Assembly: GCA_050013255.1 (NCBI GenBank)
Contig: JBEKFP010000001.1
Span: 320,001 to 384,000 of the forward strand
Reading direction: 5' to 3'
From: Candidatus Bathyarchaeia archaeon
GTDB taxonomy: Archaea > Thermoproteota > Bathyarchaeia > 40CM-2-53-6
DNA length: 64,000 bases
Shown here: piece after piece, positions 26,873 to 36,586 of the stretch
Position numbering within the stretch: position 1 is the first letter of the stretch
Layout: every line of letters begins with the position of its first letter
The notes under the pieces: model-generated
Database searches by the model: none
Told to the model about the DNA's origin: nothing
What the model saw: the letters and a program-made list of their open reading frames with translations, nothing else
Translations under genes and position numbers: made by a program

Positions 26873-29413
26873 TCATTCGCTTAATGTGGCGAGCGCTTTC
26901 AACCGGATTGCCTCAACCTTTCTGTAAACCTTCGAGGGTTTCGCTACCTGGCCCTCAACTCTTAGCAAATCTTCCACTTTAACTCCGAATAGTTTCTGGT
27001 TCTCCTGAAGGTAGGGCAAGACCAAGTTCCAGTCAGCGCTCTCGACGGAGGTTAATTGGCCCCCGTTCAATTGATCCAGCCCAACCTTCCTGGATGGGTC
27101 TCTTACGTAGATTGCCCCACCTGAGGCGAGGGAGAAGAGGTTGCCGCCGGGGTATGGAGTCTCAAGCTCACGAATTCGGCCATCATCTCCTAACCCTATT
27201 CCGTTAACGACTATGAAGCCGCCCCCATTGAGGGGGTCGCCAGCCATGAAAGACTCGGCTAGGTAGTCGAGGCAAGTGCCGTTTATGACGACACGCGGGC
27301 GGCCAACGGCGTTGATGAGTGGCCGGCCGGCCGCGTTGCCTAGGACGTAGACGTCGCCGCCTTTGGCAGCGTACATGAAGGTCTGGCCAACATCCCCGAA
27401 GATAACCAGTTTCCCGGACTTCATGATCTGGGCAACTTGGTCTTGGGCTGAGGTGTGGACGTAGATTTCGGCGCCATCAAGCCCCGAACCCAAATAATCG
27501 CCGGGGTTCCCGAAGACATCGATTCGAAAGCCTTCCGAATGCTCACCCAACCCCGCACCGCAGAACCGCTGCCCACGCCAATCAAAAGACATCACACGCT
27601 TCCAACCTTGCTTATAGGCGGCTACAATCATGGCTGAAGCCGAACCTTCACCTTCCGAATCGAAACCTGAAACGTCAAGCAACAGTGTCCCCTCACTTTT
27701 GGTGGGGGACCGCAGCGAATTCCTGTTTGCTGAATTGACCAAGACCCAACCTGAATTGTGTGTGTCGGAGAGTTGCGGAAATTCTCTAAGTATTTTGAAG
27801 AGCGATGATTCCACCTTTGCGCGGATTCTTCCCTCCTTGGCGTATGGAACCAGGTGAAGACAATCTAACAGCCAGGTCAGAACTTCTACACTCTTCACTT
27901 TCTCGTTGTACCCGTTCTTCGCCGCGTTCTCTAGGTTCACGCAGAGGGCTTCGATGGATTTTGCGCCCGCTCGAGCATCAGCTAGCAGTTCCCTGAAATT
28001 GCCTGGAACCAATCTCAAAGCATCATCTAGAATTTCATTTGCTGGCCTCTTGGCTGGGACGGAAACTTCGCGCCCGAATTTGTCAGTGCATTTTAGTTGA
28101 GGTGTTCCGGAGGATCTGTCAACGGTGAAGATGAAAGCGCCCCCATCCGTGTAGCTTCCACCTCTTGCATTCCAGTAAAGGTCGGCTTTGGCTGCGTATC
28201 GAGAATCCTCGCCAGCGAGGCTCTTGAGGCAGGCGTCGATTGCTTGGCGTTCGGAAGCGATCAGGCCGATCTTGACTGGACCATCTTGTAATGCGAATAC
28301 TTGGGGTCGAAGCATTGACGTGTCGGTTATGCCCAATAGGTGCAGCTTGCTGCTGTTCTCTTCGCTTCGGCCGACTATGAAGAACCATGGCCCATCAGGT
28401 GAACCGTGAATATGTGCGGTTTGAATCTCCCGATAGAGAGACCTCTTGTCTTCGGGAAGCATGTAGAAGTCACGTTCGGTTGTCGGCGCCATCGCCTCAA
28501 TCAAAACCTCAATCGGATAACCGTACACTCTCCTCCAAAGATCGAAGAGGTAGACTGCGACCTCCGTGTCGGTCAAGAAGAGCGGGTAGATTTTTCGTTG
28601 AGCAAGGTATTCAGCGATTGAGTGGTAGTTCGAGAAGTCGCCGTTGTGCACTAGTGCCTCGTGGAGGCCGACGAAGGGATGTGCGCCGCCGGGATGCCAA
28701 ACCTTCCCCTTTGTGGGATACCGGTGGTGCCCGATCCAGACGTGTGCCTTGAAATCCTCCAACCTATAGTACCGTATGACTTGGTCTCCCCACCCAACAA
28801 TCTTCAGGACCATCATGTCCTTTCCATGCGAAAGCACGAACGCCTTCTTCTCACCGAGAGATGCGTAGAATTTCTTATTCAGAGCGTAACTGTTCTGGAA
28901 GATGAATTCGTCCTCGGCGAGTTGGCGGTCCACAATGCCGCTCTCATTCATGAATTGGCCGAGAACACCTTCCTTCACCCGGCAGAAATAGCGGCGAACG
29001 GCTGGAGGTTTCACCTGTAAGCCTGGTATACTCTTGTGGTCGGGTACGGCCCCAAGCCATTTGGCTGAGTCGACCCTCAGATTCGGCAGGATGAATTCAT
29101 TCTCGACCGCGCTGCTAGCTGAAGGGTCAAGGTATGCGATTTGGATTAGGTAGTTTTCGCGAAGAATTTCTTCTGATACTCCGAGCTGTTCTGGTGAGAG
29201 GCCTAGGGCTGCGATTCCTCCGCCCTTTCCGTTTCCGCGGTTCTTCATTTGGAGAAGCGCTTGGAGGAAGTGTTTGCCAGCGATTGGTTCTGAGCAGGCA
29301 GCGCCAACTACGCCGCACCCGCCTTCAGCCTCTAGCTTTCGGCTGAGGCTCATCCCCTCAACTAGCCTTGCACGGGATTGGATGATTCTCGCGGCTGAAT
29401 GCATTCTGCTCAC
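26873..29413 (-). CDS. Glutamate synthase-like subunit: Ntn glutamine amidotransferase domain fused to GXGXG beta-helix domain
   Basis: EAEGG/CGVVG propeptide junction, HRYPT, GAHPF, HNGD, TDTEV; C-terminal G..G..F repeats. Confidence 0.85.
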   Translation of the reverse strand: MSRMHSAARIIQSRARLVEGMSLSRKLEAEGGCGVVGAACSEPIAGKHFLQALLQMKNRGNGKGGGIAALGLSPEQLGVSEEILRENYLIQIAYLDPSASSAVENEFILPNLRVDSAKWLGAVPDHKSIPGLQVKPPAVRRYFCRVKEGVLGQFMNESGIVDRQLAEDEFIFQNSYALNKKFYASLGEKKAFVLSHGKDMMVLKIVGWGDQVIRYYRLEDFKAHVWIGHHRYPTKGKVWHPGGAHPFVGLHEALVHNGDFSNYHSIAEYLAQRKIYPLFLTDTEVAVYLFDLWRRVYGYPIEVLIEAMAPTTERDFYMLPEDKRSLYREIQTAHIHGSPDGPWFFIVGRSEENSSKLHLLGITDTSMLRPQVFALQDGPVKIGLIASERQAIDACLKSLAGEDSRYAAKADLYWNARGGSYTDGGAFIFTVDRSSGTPQLKCTDKFGREVSVPAKRPANEILDDALRLVPGNFRELLADARAGAKSIEALCVNLENAAKNGYNEKVKSVEVLTWLLDCLHLVPYAKEGRIRAKVESSLFKILREFPQLSDTHNSGWVLVNSANRNSLRSPTKSEGTLLLDVSGFDSEGEGSASAMIVAAYKQGWKRVMSFDWRGQRFCGAGLGEHSEGFRIDVFGNPGDYLGSGLDGAEIYVHTSAQDQVAQIMKSGKLVIFGDVGQTFMYAAKGGDVYVLGNAAGRPLINAVGRPRVVINGTCLDYLAESFMAGDPLNGGGFIVVNGIGLGDDGRIRELETPYPGGNLFSLASGGAIYVRDPSRKVGLDQLNGGQLTSVESADWNLVLPYLQENQKLFGVKVEDLLRVEGQVAKPSKVYRKVEAIRLKALATLSE

Positions 29414-30672
29414 CTGTACACCAGCAGGTCGGTTCTTCCCTTGAGTTCCTTAATCGAGCGGAGGCCGAGGCTTGCTAGGATGGTTTTCCACTGCTCGGCC
29501 CATGAAGTGTAGAGGTTGATGATTCTTTGAGCGCCCCATTGTGGGTCAATGAGTAAAGTAAGTTCAGGGTCGGTTGTTGTGATTCCGACTTGGCAGCCCC
29601 TTCCGCGCTCGCAGTTGCCGCAGTGCGTGCATCCAACTGCAACAGCTTCAGCCGTCCCAATCACGCAGCCGTCAGCGCCGAGGGCGATGGCTTTGGCTAC
29701 ATCGTATGCGGTTCTTATTCCGCCACTCGCCATCACTGTCACCTCGTCCCTGACTCCTTCTGCGGTTAGGTAGCGGTGAACCTTCGGAATCGCATACTCT
29801 ATCGGCATGGCAATGTTCTTCTTGGCGATCTCTGGGGCTGCGCCCGTCCCGCCGTAGCCGCCGTCGATGTGCAGGATGTTCGCGTTTGCGTAGTAGCTGC
29901 CAATGGCGACCATGTCAACGTCGACTGGAGTCGAAACCTTCACGGATACCAAGCAGTGGGGATTGACGGCGCGAATCCAGTCGACATGTTTCTTGTGGTC
30001 TTCGACCGAGTAGACGCTGTGAAATGGAAATGGGGAATAGAGTGAGGTGAAGGGTAGTGATTCTCTCATGCTGGCGACTTCTGAGGTCACCTTGTCCGCG
30101 AGCAGGTGGCCCCCCAGGCCGGGTTTCGCCCCCTGCGCATACTTCAACTCCACAATCCTCGCTGCTTGAATCGTATCCTCGCGCACCCCGAACATTCCGG
30201 TCGCGACTTGCGTGATCACGGAATCCTTGTACTCCATGAGTTGCGGTGGGTATCCCCCTTCACCAGTGGAGGTGAAAGTGTTCAGCCGCCTTGCGGCAAT
30301 GGCCCTGGCAAGCATGAAGTTGAGGCTGACCGAACCGAAGGACATGCCGGCGCCGTAGATTGGGATTGGGATTGTAATCTTGGGGCCGAAGCTGCGGCGG
30401 TTCAATTCTATGGATAAGTCGTAGTCTTCGTCTTCCATGCTTGCGCTGTCTTGGATGTTCTTGAAATCCAGCCGGTCGAAGCCTCCGCCTGATTTTCCTA
30501 CCTTGTACTCAAGTTGGGTGGGAGGCTTGCCTGTCGTGGCTTGGTGGTAGGTTGCGAATATCAGGTCCGAGGTCCAGCGCTTGTTTCCGAGCCCGCCTGG
30601 GATGCCGTGTTCAAGGGTTGGCAGGACTTTGAGCCCGTGGTGGATTAGTTCAATGTGCTTCTGAACGATCAT
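29410..30672 (-). CDS. Glutamate synthase FMN-binding subunit (GltB2-like)
   Basis: MSFGS, TGEGG, ELKYAQGAKPGLGGHL, IDGGYGGTGAA, ASGGIR, CTHCGNC...C cluster; likely ATG 30672. Confidence 0.88.
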   Translation of the reverse strand: MIVQKHIELIHHGLKVLPTLEHGIPGGLGNKRWTSDLIFATYHQATTGKPPTQLEYKVGKSGGGFDRLDFKNIQDSASMEDEDYDLSIELNRRSFGPKITIPIPIYGAGMSFGSVSLNFMLARAIAARRLNTFTSTGEGGYPPQLMEYKDSVITQVATGMFGVREDTIQAARIVELKYAQGAKPGLGGHLLADKVTSEVASMRESLPFTSLYSPFPFHSVYSVEDHKKHVDWIRAVNPHCLVSVKVSTPVDVDMVAIGSYYANANILHIDGGYGGTGAAPEIAKKNIAMPIEYAIPKVHRYLTAEGVRDEVTVMASGGIRTAYDVAKAIALGADGCVIGTAEAVAVGCTHCGNCERGRGCQVGITTTDPELTLLIDPQWGAQRIINLYTSWAEQWKTILASLGLRSIKELKGRTDLLVYR

Positions 30673-30673
30673 T

Positions 30674-32170
30674 TCATGTTCCGTGCGTGATATCGGCAAA
30701 CGCCTCCTTTTCCAAATCCTCGTTGAACATCGCCCGGCCCACGTCACCCCGCAACCGTCTAACGTCTCGCATTCCCATCGCGCTCAAGATCTCGATGAGC
30801 TGGTCGTGCCACGAAACGAGCAGGTTGACCAAACGCTGCTCCCCCCACCTCGTGTCGAATTTCTCCGGCGCGATGCGGCCAGTTTCAGGTGACTTGCACT
30901 CGCCCAAGAATTGGGCTTGAAGGGCGATGAGCGCGGTTGTATCGATGGCTACGAGGTCGGCACCACAAATTATTGCCTTGGGGACGTGTTCAGCGAGTGT
31001 AATTCCTCCGCTCACGATTATTGTAACGTCGTCCCGGAGAGATTCCTTCACAAGCTTCCGATGGACGGAACGGATTAGATCCCCCACATACCTTGGGTTC
31101 TCCTTGCCCCATCCTCGACCGTGGTAATCTGCATAGAGATGAATTATGTCCACACCGACCTGAACCAAGTCTAGGGCTGTTTCATCTGAATTGTCTGAGA
31201 GTGGGACACGAACTGAAACGGGCGCTTTAGGGTTAGTTTTCCTAATTCTATCAATCGCCTCGGGCTCGTATTTCGTTAGCTCGATGGCTTGCGCGGCAAG
31301 TATCGAATAGCCGTGTTGGTAGGTGTTTGCTGGTGATATCATGGGGATTAATCGTTGCGGCTGTGGGCCTGGGAGTTGCTGAACCTGGCTTGGATGTGCG
31401 ATGAATAGAGTTCCTGTTTTTGCAGCGGCCCCGGCGATTGATTGCAGTATTGATTGGTCGTTTAGGTTTGGTGGCAGGTTGTCGAAGATTATTGGTAGTG
31501 CGATTTCGACGGTGCTGGTTGAGTGGCTGGGTTTCTGGTTGAAGAAGTCTAGAAAGCGCTGTTTCCTTCCTACGTCGACTATGGTGGAGATGTATTCCCT
31601 GCCGTAGACGCCGTCGCGTGTGGGCCGGACTATTTCTGACATGTCGGTCCACATCGAGTCCCAGCCTGGGCCGGCGAAGGCTCCTTTGTACCCCATCCCC
31701 TTGATGGGAATCTTTCCCGTCTCAGCCTCGTACGAGACCGTAGCTATTGGTGACCCGCTCGAGGTAGCGGGGTCCTCAGGAACCCAGTAGGAGTCTGCGA
31801 ATTTGTAGAATTCCGGGTTACGGTCGACCGTGCAGAAGTTTGGGTACTCCTGAACGCACCGCATGCACCCCGTACATTTTTCCCTGATGGGGTGAAAGCC
31901 ACCGAACCGGCTGCCGAATACTCCGTAAATGCATGGCCTAGTCATTAGGGCGGCGCGGTACTCTTTTCGCCTCAACTTGAAACCGTAGTCGAAGACCTCT
32001 CGAAGCAACAAGCTAGCGAGGCCGACTTTGCCCACTCTCGGATAGAAGGGATGGGGCTGTTTCCGTCGTGGTAGTGCAGGTTTGGCCTCAATTTTGTAGC
32101 GCACGTATATGCCCGGTTTTTTTCCCTGCAAAGCCGAGTCTACGTTTATGCTACTCGCCTGCTCCTGCAA
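30674..32170 (-). CDS. Ferredoxin-fused, divergent glutamate synthase FMN-domain paralogue
   Basis: CTGCMRCVQEYP, DSMWTDMSEIVRPTRDG, VSGGI..AEHVPKAIICGAD, MGMRDVRRLRG. Confidence 0.8.
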   Translation of the reverse strand: MQEQASSINVDSALQGKKPGIYVRYKIEAKPALPRRKQPHPFYPRVGKVGLASLLLREVFDYGFKLRRKEYRAALMTRPCIYGVFGSRFGGFHPIREKCTGCMRCVQEYPNFCTVDRNPEFYKFADSYWVPEDPATSSGSPIATVSYEAETGKIPIKGMGYKGAFAGPGWDSMWTDMSEIVRPTRDGVYGREYISTIVDVGRKQRFLDFFNQKPSHSTSTVEIALPIIFDNLPPNLNDQSILQSIAGAAAKTGTLFIAHPSQVQQLPGPQPQRLIPMISPANTYQHGYSILAAQAIELTKYEPEAIDRIRKTNPKAPVSVRVPLSDNSDETALDLVQVGVDIIHLYADYHGRGWGKENPRYVGDLIRSVHRKLVKESLRDDVTIIVSGGITLAEHVPKAIICGADLVAIDTTALIALQAQFLGECKSPETGRIAPEKFDTRWGEQRLVNLLVSWHDQLIEILSAMGMRDVRRLRGDVGRAMFNEDLEKEAFADITHGT

Positions 32171-32218
32171 ATCTCGCGCTCCATCGCTGCAACGAACTAT
32201 AGAACCGCAAGGAATGCG

Positions 32219-32240
32219 CTGAACAAATATATCTGTTCAG
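32219..32240. promoter_or_regulatory. Palindromic operator overlapping a TATA-like element
   Basis: CTGAACA-AATATATC-TGTTCAG between the glutamate synthase cluster and the divergent Lrp gene. Confidence 0.55.
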
Positions 32241-32312
32241 GGAAAATCAATAGACAAATGTACCTCAAATGGACGTATTTGGAGATGAACGTGCAATAAA
32301 TAGGTGTGAAAT

Positions 32313-32774
32313 TTGTCTTCTGCTGAACGTTTGCACATCGATGATGTTGACCGAAAGATTCTGAGTGAACTTCTTCGTGATTGCAGGCGGTCTTACAGGT
32401 CGCTCGCTCGTCGGGCGGGCGTATCTGTTGGGACCGTTCTCAGCCGCATCCGTAAGCTGGAAAAAGCGGGGGTCATTAGAGGCTATTCGGCCCTGCTCGA
32501 CCATGAGAAGCTTGGTTACCAGCTCACCGTCGTGGCAGAAATCACTGTATTGAAGGGGAAGTTGCTTGAGATGGAGGAAGCGATTGGAAAGCTACCCAAT
32601 ACTTGCGCCGTCTACGACGTTACGGGGCTTACGGATGCTCTTGTGATAGCGAAGTTCCATACTCGAGAAGAGTTGAGTAAGTTCACCAAGAACCTTCTAG
32701 GCATGCCCTTCGTGGATCGAACCAACACCCACGTTGTCTTGACAACGGTTAAGGAAGATTTACGGCTTCTGTAG
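32313..32774 (+). CDS. Lrp/AsnC family transcriptional regulator
   Basis: DDVDRKILSEL...SYRSLA...RIRKLEKAGVIRGY HTH; VYDVTG RAM domain. Confidence 0.93.
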   Translation: MSSAERLHIDDVDRKILSELLRDCRRSYRSLARRAGVSVGTVLSRIRKLEKAGVIRGYSALLDHEKLGYQLTVVAEITVLKGKLLEMEEAIGKLPNTCAVYDVTGLTDALVIAKFHTREELSKFTKNLLGMPFVDRTNTHVVLTTVKEDLRLL

Positions 32775-32796
32775 CGTTGACGGGTCGTCTAGGAAA

Positions 32797-33798
32797 TTGG
32801 CTTACGCGTCGAGGCAGTCGAGCTACCTAGTCGGCACCATAGGAGTCTTTCTCCAAGTCCTCGGCCTGTGGGGCAGGTACTCAAATACTCAGGTCGGAAC
32901 GAATGAAGCTTCGTGGAACATAGCTCACCTCACGCTCTATGCGGGGTTTGCCATATCGGTTCTGGTAATTTGGCGAGGCCTCCGGGTTCCCAGTATGCAA
33001 CCCGCCACCACTGTCCCGATTCGATTCGTGAATGTGGCCGGACTAAAGTTGGCGGGCGCAGGATCAGTACTTGAGATCGTCGCTCTTGTCGGGTATGAGA
33101 TTATTCATCGCCTTTCCTCCAGCGAATCGTACATTGCGTTGGCGCTTTCGCTTTTGGCGGTTGGCTTGTTGACCGCAACGCTTGGGATGGTCATTGGACT
33201 GACAATCGAGTATGGGTTGATCAGGCGCGAAATAATCGCCGCTTCGACGTTGAAGCGATGGCTGACGCTCATTTCGATTATCTTGATGTTCACCTCAATC
33301 TGGTTGACGGCCGCTGGGTTTTTCTTCTATTTGGCGACGGCGTTCCGAACTACACTCGTCAACTTGTTAGCCGCCACCTTCCTCGCGCTTATTGCCCCGC
33401 TTGTTCTGGTCCCCGCCAAGAGGGTGTTACCGAAATTTGGCGCCGCCATTTCGATCGGTGTCGTGTTCAATGTGGTGGTTTACTTCTTCGTCGTAGTAGT
33501 GGCGCAGGCTCCGGTCTATGTTCCGTGGGGCTTGCTTTCTCTGGCCTTGTTTGATGTTCTGATCTTAGGTTTGAAACGAGTGATGAGCATGACAAGGGCT
33601 GGGCTTGTCTCGTCGGTGGTAATCGGAGTGCTTTTTTGGGTTACTTACCTTCCGTTCACTTTGTACTTGTTTTCTTGGTCGTCTTCACCGCAGCCCCCGC
33701 TAGTCGCGGTGGTTCTGGGTAGCCTCACGGGAGCAATGCTCGGGAACTCGACGTATGCGGGGCTTACTTCAGTTGTGCTCGGTGACGTCACGGGTTGA
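32797..33798 (+). CDS. Polytopic membrane protein
   Basis: About 10 hydrophobic segments. Confidence 0.75.
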   Translation: MAYASRQSSYLVGTIGVFLQVLGLWGRYSNTQVGTNEASWNIAHLTLYAGFAISVLVIWRGLRVPSMQPATTVPIRFVNVAGLKLAGAGSVLEIVALVGYEIIHRLSSSESYIALALSLLAVGLLTATLGMVIGLTIEYGLIRREIIAASTLKRWLTLISIILMFTSIWLTAAGFFFYLATAFRTTLVNLLAATFLALIAPLVLVPAKRVLPKFGAAISIGVVFNVVVYFFVVVVAQAPVYVPWGLLSLALFDVLILGLKRVMSMTRAGLVSSVVIGVLFWVTYLPFTLYLFSWSSSPQPPLVAVVLGSLTGAMLGNSTYAGLTSVVLGDVTG

Positions 33799-33805
33799 CG
33801 AGCTT

Positions 33806-34477
33806 CTACTTTCCCTTGTTTACGTAAATCCCAGCTGCGACGTCCAAGCTGAGGGGGTACGAGTTTGACCCTACCTTAACCAGCATCGGGCCCTTGAATG
33901 GGGCCTTCTCCTCAACCTTTACCTCAACACCCGGAAGCATTCCTAGGTTGGCGAGGTAGCGGAGCAGTTCAGTGTTCTCGTCGGGGATCCCGCTTACGAC
34001 ACCCTGTTGGCCTGCGCTAAGGTTGGATAATGCTTCGCTTTTTGATGGTGATAGGTACCCTTTCTCATCTGGGATTGGATTCCCGTGCGGGCAGGTTGCT
34101 GGATTACCAAGCGTTTTTTCAATGGAGGTGGCTAGGTTGTCGCTTATGGCGTGTTCAAGTTTGCAGGCTTCATCGTGCGATTCAGTCCAATCGTAATGCA
34201 AGACATCCGTTAGTAATCTCTCCGCGAGCCTGTGCCTTCTGAAGACTGAGAGGGCGATGCTTTTTCCGTGTCCCGTTAACTTGACACCCTTGTACGGTTC
34301 TCGTTCAACGAGGCCTTTTCCTTCCAGAACTTCCAGGGTGTTCGTTACGCTTCCAGGCGTAATGTTGAGTATTTTGGCGATGTCTCCGGTTCGTGCGGCT
34401 CCCGTCTTCGCTTCCAGGTTATAGATGGTTTTCAGGTACATTTCTGGGGCAACTGAGAATTCGTGACTCAAAGACAA
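33806..34477 (-). CDS. DtxR/MntR metal-dependent regulator with FeoA-like C-terminal domain
   Basis: EMYLKTIY, RRHRLAERLL, EACKLEH, CPHGNPIP. Confidence 0.92.
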   Translation of the reverse strand: MSLSHEFSVAPEMYLKTIYNLEAKTGAARTGDIAKILNITPGSVTNTLEVLEGKGLVEREPYKGVKLTGHGKSIALSVFRRHRLAERLLTDVLHYDWTESHDEACKLEHAISDNLATSIEKTLGNPATCPHGNPIPDEKGYLSPSKSEALSNLSAGQQGVVSGIPDENTELLRYLANLGMLPGVEVKVEEKAPFKGPMLVKVGSNSYPLSLDVAAGIYVNKGK

Positions 34478-34596
34478 AACCTAACTTGACTTTTGTTCCT
34501 CGAATTCGTAAATAAGGTTCCTCGAAGAAAGAATCTTGGCATTTAGTATAAGTGCTGTATAAGCGGATAAACCGACTCTAAATACGGTACGAACAT

Positions 34597-35250
34597 ATGG
34601 GTGGACAGTCCATGGCCGGTAAGAAGCCTAGCAGGAAGCCTTTCGGAAGGGATGGCCCGCCGAAAGGGTATCCAAAGGACCAAGCCGTTTACGCTGACCC
34701 TGAGAACTGGCGGTACCCCCTACATACCCCCTGGCACGCGAAAGCGGCACGCCGCTATTTTGACGATTATTCAAACCGGAGCAAGTATGCCAAGGAAGAG
34801 CAGGCTTACATCGATTCGCGGATCAACCAAGCTTTGGAGAAATTCGGAAAATCAGCTTCATCAACAAGCAAAAGATGCCCACCACCGAAAGTACCTTCCC
34901 GCAAGGCCGAAGAGTTATCACTAGACCAACTCCTTCGATTGTTCTTGGGAGCAGCGCGGCTCCAGCGTGCCAAGGAGATTGATGATTCGCTTGTCTCAGT
35001 TTCTGATTTGACACCCGACCATGTTGGAGGCAAGGTCAAGGACTACATAGTCGAGATAGACCTCAAGAAACAAACGATTCTACATAACTGCGAGGACTGG
35101 AGGAAGAATTTGGATTCAAAGAACATGTGCAAACACCTCGGCAAGTTTCTACTAACATTGGACGAAAAGAGGGCGACGGACTTGCTGAGGGAGGTGTTGG
35201 TCGACAAGGATCATTGGGCATTCACTGCGCCGGCGACCGCATCTGCTTGA
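34597..35250 (+). CDS. DUF6582-like domain fused to SWIM-like zinc finger
   Basis: YADPENWRYPLHTPWHAKAARRYF; C-terminal HNC...CKH. Confidence 0.6.
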   Translation: MGGQSMAGKKPSRKPFGRDGPPKGYPKDQAVYADPENWRYPLHTPWHAKAARRYFDDYSNRSKYAKEEQAYIDSRINQALEKFGKSASSTSKRCPPPKVPSRKAEELSLDQLLRLFLGAARLQRAKEIDDSLVSVSDLTPDHVGGKVKDYIVEIDLKKQTILHNCEDWRKNLDSKNMCKHLGKFLLTLDEKRATDLLREVLVDKDHWAFTAPATASA

Positions 35251-35253
35251 GTA

Positions 35254-36516
35254 TTAGCGCGCTAGCCTCTTCAACATCTTCAAGATTTCATGACCGTGCT
35301 TAATCGTTCCCATGCTGCCTTTCTTTCCATAAATTTCTGTGAAGCGCATTGAACCGTCTGATTTGACATTCAACCCTGTTACGAGGATTGGCACTGGGTC
35401 ATCGCTATGCCCCTTTTTGATGCATGGGGTAGAATGGTCTGCTGTGACGCATAACAATTTCGAGCCCAGTTCAAGTCCCGCGAAGAAACCTGCGTCAATA
35501 TCTTCAATCGACTTCGTCTTTCCATCGAAGTCGCCGTCATGCCCAGGTTCATCAGGGCCTTTGAGATGTACGTAGACTAGGTCGTATTTGGCGGCGAGTT
35601 CTAAGGCCTTCTGTGCTCGTTGAGAGTAACCTTCAAGCGACCGGTCTGGTAGGAATACTTCCGCGTCCATTCCAATCACTTTCGCGATTCCAAGTTCAAC
35701 GGGCATATCGGCAACCATCACCGACCTCAACCCGAATTTCTCTTTTAGCGTCTTGACTTCAGGCGTCTTAGTTCCAGCGTCACGCATTAACAGAAAGTTC
35801 GCTGGGCGGTCTCCGCGATCCCTTCGTCGAAGGTTGACTGGGTGGTCCCTTAGGGCTTCGTGTACTTGAGCCGCGAATTGGTTTAGGAGTTGTGCTGTCT
35901 GTGCGGCGGTTTTCGTTTTGTTCAGCGGAACACATTTGGGAATGGGGGTTGGAAGCGTGATGCCGGATAGTGCAATCGTAACGTTACCTTTGCGAGTGTA
36001 GGCTGGGTCGAGGTTAGAGATAGAACCTGAAAAATCCATTCGACCTCTGCGGAAGACTAGGACACAGCGATGCCCAATGGTTGCCTTAAGCTCGAAATCA
36101 GCTAGAGCCCTCAGTTTCGAGTCTTTGTTGACTGCTTCTACAAGCTCCCGCGCCTCATCGGTGGAGACGTTTCTTCCCGCGCGTCTGTCTGTTATCTGTC
36201 CGTCTTGTACGGTGGCGAAGTTGCACCGCAAGGCCAGGTCTCCGTCCTTGAACTCCATCCCTGAGCCTAGCGCTTCGACAACGCCCCTTGAAAGGTCGAG
36301 TTTGGAGGGGTCGTAGCTGAGTAATGAGAAAACGCCCGCATCACTCTCCGGCGCAATCCCCCGTTTCACCGTGTAAACGGTCCCCATCATTCCCTTCGCA
36401 GTGAACTTGTCGAGGTGAGGAGTTGCCGCCACTTCAAGGGGTGTTTTGTTTCCGCGTTCTGGGAAGGGTAGGTCACCCACACCGTCCAGGATGACGTAGA
36501 TTATTGTGTTACGCAA
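35254..36516 (-). CDS. apgM: 2,3-bisphosphoglycerate-independent phosphoglycerate mutase, archaeal type
   Basis: LDGVGD, TPLE, PESD, RGVVEALG, HLKGPDEPGH, TADHSTP. Confidence 0.92.
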   Translation of the reverse strand: MRNTIIYVILDGVGDLPFPERGNKTPLEVAATPHLDKFTAKGMMGTVYTVKRGIAPESDAGVFSLLSYDPSKLDLSRGVVEALGSGMEFKDGDLALRCNFATVQDGQITDRRAGRNVSTDEARELVEAVNKDSKLRALADFELKATIGHRCVLVFRRGRMDFSGSISNLDPAYTRKGNVTIALSGITLPTPIPKCVPLNKTKTAAQTAQLLNQFAAQVHEALRDHPVNLRRRDRGDRPANFLLMRDAGTKTPEVKTLKEKFGLRSVMVADMPVELGIAKVIGMDAEVFLPDRSLEGYSQRAQKALELAAKYDLVYVHLKGPDEPGHDGDFDGKTKSIEDIDAGFFAGLELGSKLLCVTADHSTPCIKKGHSDDPVPILVTGLNVKSDGSMRFTEIYGKKGSMGTIKHGHEILKMLKRLAR

Positions 36517-36586
36517 GTCTGGGACACTTAGCCGGTATCGTTACGTCCTCAATATATTAGAGCTGGGAGCTGCATGTCGTGACGAA

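Noticed and set aside
36506-36586. N-terminal extension of pyk overlapping apgM
   Set aside because: Homology starts at KTKIVCT and the extension spans the likely shared promoter.
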